IMG/VR virus record: IMGVR_UViG_3300007517_000007
Location: 7,285-71,284 of that record
Source: a virus
Direction: 5' to 3' (one strand)
DNA length: 64,000 nucleotides
The notes under the pieces are model-generated. The model ran no database searches. It saw only the letters and a list, made by a program, of their open reading frames with translations, and was not told the DNA's origin. Of this stretch, positions 58,309-64,000 are shown in pieces. The position numbers and the translations under genes are program-made. Position 1 is the stretch's first letter; every line of letters begins with the position of its first letter.

Positions 58309-60363
58309 TCATGCCTCCCTGTTGACCGGGGTGAGTTCCTCGATGTCGATCGGGTTGCCGAGCAGGATGACCTCGCGCTCGCGCAGCGAACCCCACCCGG
58401 TGGTCGATGCCATCCCGACGATCTGGTTGATCGGGACTTCGGCGCGCATCATCCACCCACCGCCCGACGAGTGCTCCCCGCCGAACTGGCGTGCGATGCC
58501 GATGTCAGTCGTCCATGACGACAACGGGTTGCCCTGCGTCACGGTCGCGCCGGTCATGTTGGTCGCTGAGTGACCGGAGTCCTTCACACCTCGGTACACG
58601 GTGATCGTCGACCGGTTGTCGCGTCGCACACCGTTCAGGATCGTGTCCTCGATCGCGAACTGGTCAGCCTCGATGATGTGGTTGATCGTGGTCGGCATCA
58701 GGTTCCGGATGCCTTTGGCCTTGTCCATCGCCCCGCCCGGGTAGTACCCGTTCAGTGCCGCCGTTGCTGCGGACAGGTTTTTCTGTTCAGCGATCGCGAG
58801 ATGGAACGCCACCATGCCAGGGGTGACTGCCGACTGCTGCCATTGCGAGTTACGCCAATCGACTGCGCCGTGCGCGACCGTGACCCCGGTCGCCTCCTCG
58901 ACGATCGCCGACATGGCTGCCGGGTCGCCGCCTGCCGTGAACGCTTCGACCGCTACCTGGACGCGTTCGGTCACCTCCGACTTCGGGTAGTCGACTCGCC
59001 AGGCTTTAGCCGCCGTCGAAAGTTGCATCGCGACACCGAGCGGGAGCCGCCCCACCACTTCGCCACGCAGACCGAAGTCGGCGATGTCGTTCTCGATGTC
59101 CTGCGCGATCATGATCCGCTGCAACGAGTCCATCTCGGCCAGGGTCTGTGCGTTGAGTTCGTCGGCGATCTCCTGCCGGGTTTCCTCACCCATGTACAGC
59201 ACGACCGTCGCTGCGCCGTCCTGCTTGAACTTCCCGGCGTTCGATTCGTTCCCGGCGTACTGGTCACTCAACGACTCGACGTCGTCGTACGGGAACGGGG
59301 TGCCGTCCTCGCGTGTTGCCGGGTTCTGCTCGAACCCGCCCGGGCCGCCACCACCACCCCAGCGGCCGCCGTCCGACGAACCAGCAGGGACACGAGGCTG
59401 ATCCGGGTTGTAACGCAGCGCCTGCGTGATAGGGGACCGAGATCCGGGATCGTCGCGAAGAATCGAGAGAGATGCGGAGCGGGTCGGGTCGAGGAACTTG
59501 ACGCCGTCCCACGACGACGAGCTGAGAAACACCTGCTTGAACCGTGGAGAGATCGCGAGGAGATCAGCGCCGTACACCGGTTCGATCTCGTTGCGGTTGT
59601 CGTCCCATTGGGCCATGACCGCCTCGAACTCACGGTACTTGGCGTTGTCGGAGCCGAGCACCCCGTTGCGGACCTCGAACCGGGCGTACGCCTGCCATTC
59701 CTCGATCGTCGAGTCGGTGTAAGTCCCATACCCCGCCGCCGCCCACGAGTACCGGCCAACATCGACGGCGTTCAGCTCGAACGTGAACACACCGAGTTCG
59801 TCGGCGAGCCCCTGCTCTGTGCGCTCGGCGAACTCGGTGCCGATCCCCTGGTTCTGAAACTCCGGTTCGATAGTCAGGTACTCGTTCTTCACGATGCCGT
59901 TCGAGTACATCGTGCGTTGGAAGTCCCCTACGGGATCTCCGTTCGGGGCGTCGATTGTGCCAGCAATGGAAATGTCGGTCGTGCCTGGATTCGTCAACGA
60001 AGCGAACTCCTCGATCTCCGCCCGCACCGTGTACTTCTCGCCGTTGGCGGTGATCTGGAAGTCGTAGATGTCCGACAACGCCGACAGCCGATCCTCAGCA
60101 GAGATTTCGGCGACGAACGGGCGTCGAGCAGCGCCCCCACCGGCGTGCGTCTGCTGATCGTGCTGGCCTCGGAGGTGGAACACGGTGAGCCCGTCGACGG
60201 TGAACACCTCCTCGTCGTCGTCGTCCTCGTCGTTTTCGGGGTCACCGGCTGCTTCGGCGTCGGACTGCTCCGACATGAACACCGGGGCCAGCTTCACGAG
60301 ACGGCCGAGCGTGTCGATCATGGCTTGCTCGTCTTCGCGAGTCGTCGTGGCGTTGACGGTCAC
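58309..60363 (-). CDS. Tagged polyvalent protein: GNAT-like plus ADP-ribosyltransferase
   Basis: FQNQGIGT; VYRGV/LSSWTT/EREV; two tags. Confidence 0.8.
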   Translation of the reverse strand: MTVNATTTREDEQAMIDTLGRLVKLAPVFMSEQSDAEAAGDPENDEDDDDEEVFTVDGLTVFHLRGQHDQQTHAGGGAARRPFVAEISAEDRLSALSDIYDFQITANGEKYTVRAEIEEFASLTNPGTTDISIAGTIDAPNGDPVGDFQRTMYSNGIVKNEYLTIEPEFQNQGIGTEFAERTEQGLADELGVFTFELNAVDVGRYSWAAAGYGTYTDSTIEEWQAYARFEVRNGVLGSDNAKYREFEAVMAQWDDNRNEIEPVYGADLLAISPRFKQVFLSSSSWDGVKFLDPTRSASLSILRDDPGSRSPITQALRYNPDQPRVPAGSSDGGRWGGGGGPGGFEQNPATREDGTPFPYDDVESLSDQYAGNESNAGKFKQDGAATVVLYMGEETRQEIADELNAQTLAEMDSLQRIMIAQDIENDIADFGLRGEVVGRLPLGVAMQLSTAAKAWRVDYPKSEVTERVQVAVEAFTAGGDPAAMSAIVEEATGVTVAHGAVDWRNSQWQQSAVTPGMVAFHLAIAEQKNLSAATAALNGYYPGGAMDKAKGIRNLMPTTINHIIEADQFAIEDTILNGVRRDNRSTITVYRGVKDSGHSATNMTGATVTQGNPLSSWTTDIGIARQFGGEHSSGGGWMMRAEVPINQIVGMASTTGWGSLREREVILLGNPIDIEELTPVNREA

Positions 60364-63300
60364 GCCTCGACCTCCCAGTCGTTGAACACCGCCGGGTTGA
60401 TGTACGACTTCAACGACGTCGACGGTGTGTTGCCGAGAATATCCGACACGGCGACACCGACCGTCTTGCGTGCCCGTTCCAGCGCCGCCTGCGACGGGTA
60501 CCGCTTCGGGAGCGCCGCCACCCTCGACATCGCGATCGTGTTGGCCTTGTACGTGCGGATGTCATGGTTCTTGAAGTCGGAACCGGTGACCCGGTCGATG
60601 TAGTCGTCGGTGCTCGCAGCGTTCGTGTCGAACAAGCGGTCGCTGCCGGATTTGCCCGACTTCCAGGCGTTCATCGTCGACGCGAGCGCCGGGTCGTTCA
60701 CAGTGATGTCGACGGGCTTCGATCCTTTGCCCTCGAACCGGATCCGGACTTCGTCGCCGGACACAGTGACGTGTCGGGCTTCGAGCGACGACGCGCCGTA
60801 GGTGGCCTTGCCTGATCGGGTACCTCGCGCTGCGGTGCCGCCACCGGAGTCGATGCGGATCCCGGTGGCGCGCATCACTTGAACTGCTGCGGCGTCCGGG
60901 TTCGTCGTAGCGTCTTCGGCGATCGCCTTGTCGAGCTTCGGCATCGCCCGATGCAGATCGGCTTGGCGTTCGTACTTGGCTTCGGCCTGCCGTTTCGAGT
61001 GGGCCTCCGAGTAAGTCGACTGGACCTGACCGTTCGGGGCGACACCGCGAGCGACGAGCCCGTTTCTGTTGCCGTCGGCCGAGTTGGCGACCATCACGTA
61101 CCGCATGCCGGGTGCGACACCGAGCGCTTTGCGTTCCTCTGCGGTCGCCTCGTGCAGCCCCGAGTTGTCGGACCCGCCGTGCACGGCGCGCATCATCGCT
61201 TCCTCATGGGTCTCACCGCGTCGCGTCGTGTACCGGGAGCGTTGCGCCTTCGAGAGAGTGTCGACTTCGGCTTGGATCGTCGCCGGATCCTTGTTCGACC
61301 CGCCGGTCCCGAACGGTGGCGGAGAGCAAGACGAGTCGTCGCAGCCCACGCTGAGCTGGTGCATCTCCGACGACAGGTGCGACATCGAAGCGTTCGAGAA
61401 CGACACCCGGCGGTCGCCGATCGTGCGGGCGGCGACACCGTTGGCGGCGTTGTAGGTGCGGGCCTGGTCGAGTAGCTCGTCGATCGGTAGGTCGATACGG
61501 ACTACGTCGACCGGTGACGCTGCCGGGTCGCCGTCGAGTTCCATGATCGCAGCGGCCGCCCACCGGTGATGCCCGTCCAGGATGCGGCCGTCCGACGACA
61601 CCATGATGCGATGCGCCGACCCGAACGAACCGTCCTGGATCCGTTCGATCATGCGGGCCACTGCGACCCCGTCGAGTTCGTTCTGTGTGGCCGACAGCGT
61701 CGACGCGTTCACGGTGTCATCGACGAACCCGACGCCCTGCTCGGCGAGTTGGTCACGGAACCCGTCGATGTGCACCCTCGGGATCTGCGGCATGTCCGCC
61801 CGGCCAATCGTGTTGCCACGCACCTCGGAGAACAGGTTGGGATACCCGTCGACGTCGACCGCGGTCAGGTCAACGGTGCCTTCGGTGATGTCAGCGAACG
61901 TCGCGACGATCCCAGCGACCTCCGACGGTGATGTCCGGATCGTTTCACCGGTCGCGATGCGGTCGGCGACACCCGACCCGATCGAGCCTCCACCGATCGA
62001 CGTCCACCGGCCGTCGTCGTCGCGAGCCTGCCCCGGGTCGAACCGGAACACGGTGATCCCGGCGGCGAGTTCGACGTCCTTCACGCCTTGGCGTTCGGTG
62101 AGTTCGTCGACGACGGTCTGGAACGCGTCTTTCTTCACGTACGCGCCCTCACGCCGGTAGTTGGCGTCGTCGACCTGCACGAACCGGTCGAGCTTCAAGT
62201 ACGACTCGCGACCGTTCTTGTCCCAGTCCCCGGACCCGACCGGCAGCCGATCGTCCGACGACCGACCAGGCTTCGAGGTGAGCTGCACACCGACCAGGTT
62301 CTTGCCGTCGGCGGTGCGTCCGATGATGAGCACCGGGCGGTCCTTCGACTGCGACGCGTCTTCCTCGAACGGGATCTTCGCCCACACGATCTCACCCGGG
62401 TCGGCCTTGCCGTCAGGGTGTCGCGGCCGGTACGCGATCCGCACATCGGAGAACGGCACGTCAGGGAGCACACCCGCAGGACGCCCACGACGGGCTGGAC
62501 GGGCTTTGCCGGGTGGTGGAGGGATCGGACGACCATCACGGCCGCCGCCACCCCAGCGGCCGCCTCCGGACGAACCAGCGGGCACACGAGGCTGATTCTC
62601 GTCGAACCTGAACACGGTGACGCCCTCCACGGCGAGGCCTTGCCGTTCGAGTGAGTCGATCCATGCTTTGCCGTCGTCGGTGCGAGCAATGGAGTGGGCG
62701 ATGTTCGGGATCTGGTCCTTGCCGAACTTCCACATCTCGGTGGCGATGTCCTTGCCCCGCCATTTCGGTTCGACGATGATGGACTGGACCTCGCGCACCT
62801 CGACGCCGTCCCTGGTCACCTTCGTCGTGCGGATCGCCGCAAGAGGTCGCGACCTGTTCGCTTCCGCTGTGGCACGCCAGAACTCCGGGGAGTGCACCTC
62901 GACAGCCTCGATGCTGCCGTACCCGACGAAGTCGAGCCGGACGGACTTGTCGCCGACAGCGATGATCTTCGACGTGGCGGGCACCGGCATGGAGTCGACC
63001 CCGGCATCCCAGTCGGCCCGGTCGATGCTTCCCCAATTCTTGTGCTGGATCGTGTTGAACCCGCCCTCGGACCAACCTGATTCGAGCGGGCGGGCCGTGC
63101 CTCCACCGGCGTGCGTCTGCTGGTCGTGCTGGCCTTGGAGGTGGAACGTCTCGACGGCCAGGTTCGCTGTTCGGGGGTCGCCGACGCGACGCACACCGTC
63201 CCACGACGGGCCATTGAGGAACACCGTCTTGAATCGGGGATCCACGGCAAGCAGGTCGGCCGGGTAGACCGAGCCGATGTCGTCAGACCACGAACGGAAC

Positions 63301-64000
63301 ACCGCCTCAGCGGCCGACGTGATCTCCGGGGTGAACGGTGTGGCCTGGCTCTGAGGGTTGCCAATGAGAGCCCGGGCCTCGTTGACCCACCGGTCACGGG
63401 TGAACGACGCTAGAGACGAGCCCGAGCCAGCGTCGAGCTGATACCCGCGTGCCGCCCACGCGTACTTGCCGACAGAAACTGCGCCCACCCGGTACTCGGT
63501 CGCGCCGAGCCCGGCCTCGGTCTGATCCAGGAACGCCGTCCCGATGCCTTTGCCCTGCTCGCCGACCGAGATGTTCAACGCATGGTTGAACACCGTGCCG
63601 TCTTCGTACACCGACCTACTGAACGTCCCCATTTCGACGCCGTCCGTGTCGTAGATCGACCCGGACACATCCGTCTTGATCGGCAACACCCCTTGCGGTG
63701 AGGTGGTGTTCACGTCACCGATCGTGTACGACCGCCCACCGACATCGAACTCGCCGGAGTACACGTCCTGCACCTTGGCGGCGAGCCGCTCCCGGGCGTC
63801 GGCTTCCCCGGCTGCCATTGCGGCTTTCGGGGTGGCGTGCTTCGATGCGCGATCGCCGTCCCAGGTGACGTCGTCGATACCGGTCTCCGCCAACCACGCG
63901 ACGAGGGCCTGCTCACCCTCGACGGTGTTCTGGTCGCCGTACATGCCGTACACGTCAGCGCCGGTCACCTCGCCGTCGTCTTCGATGAACACCACCTCGA
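60360..64000 (-). CDS. Tagged polyvalent protein (probably 5'-truncated): GNAT, GNAT, PemK/MazF, ParB/Srx, topoisomerase IB
   Basis: QGKGIGT; WRGKDIAT; DPGEIVW..PFEED....KDRPV; ILDGHHRW; GIRI/FEGKG/HDIRT/LGNT/KSYI. Confidence 0.85.
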   Translation of the reverse strand, partial: EVVFIEDDGEVTGADVYGMYGDQNTVEGEQALVAWLAETGIDDVTWDGDRASKHATPKAAMAAGEADARERLAAKVQDVYSGEFDVGGRSYTIGDVNTTSPQGVLPIKTDVSGSIYDTDGVEMGTFSRSVYEDGTVFNHALNISVGEQGKGIGTAFLDQTEAGLGATEYRVGAVSVGKYAWAARGYQLDAGSGSSLASFTRDRWVNEARALIGNPQSQATPFTPEITSAAEAVFRSWSDDIGSVYPADLLAVDPRFKTVFLNGPSWDGVRRVGDPRTANLAVETFHLQGQHDQQTHAGGGTARPLESGWSEGGFNTIQHKNWGSIDRADWDAGVDSMPVPATSKIIAVGDKSVRLDFVGYGSIEAVEVHSPEFWRATAEANRSRPLAAIRTTKVTRDGVEVREVQSIIVEPKWRGKDIATEMWKFGKDQIPNIAHSIARTDDGKAWIDSLERQGLAVEGVTVFRFDENQPRVPAGSSGGGRWGGGGRDGRPIPPPPGKARPARRGRPAGVLPDVPFSDVRIAYRPRHPDGKADPGEIVWAKIPFEEDASQSKDRPVLIIGRTADGKNLVGVQLTSKPGRSSDDRLPVGSGDWDKNGRESYLKLDRFVQVDDANYRREGAYVKKDAFQTVVDELTERQGVKDVELAAGITVFRFDPGQARDDDGRWTSIGGGSIGSGVADRIATGETIRTSPSEVAGIVATFADITEGTVDLTAVDVDGYPNLFSEVRGNTIGRADMPQIPRVHIDGFRDQLAEQGVGFVDDTVNASTLSATQNELDGVAVARMIERIQDGSFGSAHRIMVSSDGRILDGHHRWAAAAIMELDGDPAASPVDVVRIDLPIDELLDQARTYNAANGVAARTIGDRRVSFSNASMSHLSSEMHQLSVGCDDSSCSPPPFGTGGSNKDPATIQAEVDTLSKAQRSRYTTRRGETHEEAMMRAVHGGSDNSGLHEATAEERKALGVAPGMRYVMVANSADGNRNGLVARGVAPNGQVQSTYSEAHSKRQAEAKYERQADLHRAMPKLDKAIAEDATTNPDAAAVQVMRATGIRIDSGGGTAARGTRSGKATYGASSLEARHVTVSGDEVRIRFEGKGSKPVDITVNDPALASTMNAWKSGKSGSDRLFDTNAASTDDYIDRVTGSDFKNHDIRTYKANTIAMSRVAALPKRYPSQAALERARKTVGVAVSDILGNTPSTSLKSYINPAVFNDWEVEA

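Noticed and set aside
58570-60603. 677-aa plus-strand ORF (likewise 2911-4692, 31495-32985, 45724-46989)
   Set aside because: Antisense to well-supported genes; composition is typical of shadow frames.
60360-61200. Integrase
   Set aside because: Motif spacing (GIRI, FEGKG, HDIRT, GNT, SYI) fits topoisomerase IB; no att site or repressor module was seen.
61364-61384. TGTCGC after the ParB domain as a third nested promoter
   Set aside because: There is no TAnnnT-like hexamer at the 9-nt spacing.
56299-63146. Tags as intein or self-splicing motifs
   Set aside because: No C/S...HN intein termini or Hint blocks, and the tags are too short.

Overview
High-GC, tailed-phage genome segment, almost certainly infecting an actinobacterium. 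The morphogenesis genes resemble mycobacteriophage cluster B: an NHW-type portal, separate hexamer and pentamer capsid proteins, and an R..LD.CG major tail protein. Nearly all genes lie on the minus strand. The window holds a partial portal, an SNF2 helicase, early cassettes, terminase, a replication initiator with iterons, a full tail module, six glycosyltransferases, an endolysin, both capsid proteins and a frameshifted DNA methylase. I saw no integrase, tRNA, CRISPR array or prohead protease. The most striking system is a set of five 'tagged cargo' proteins (13984-15309 and 55552->64000). In these, 11 short recurring peptide tags (F[R]F/YD.NQPR...GRW, FHL.GQHDQQ.H, GC...C.PPP.G.GGS) each sit directly before a cargo segment. 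The segments include a zeta-type kinase, three ADP-ribosyltransferases, GNATs, PemK/MazF, ParB/Srx and topoisomerase IB. Two of these genes carry an internal promoter that could separately express their own C-terminal peptide in frame, a candidate built-in antitoxin. That promoter belongs to a 22-copy TGTCG-N-TAnnnT family that resembles PafBC -26-element promoters. All calls come from reading motifs by eye; no searches were run.
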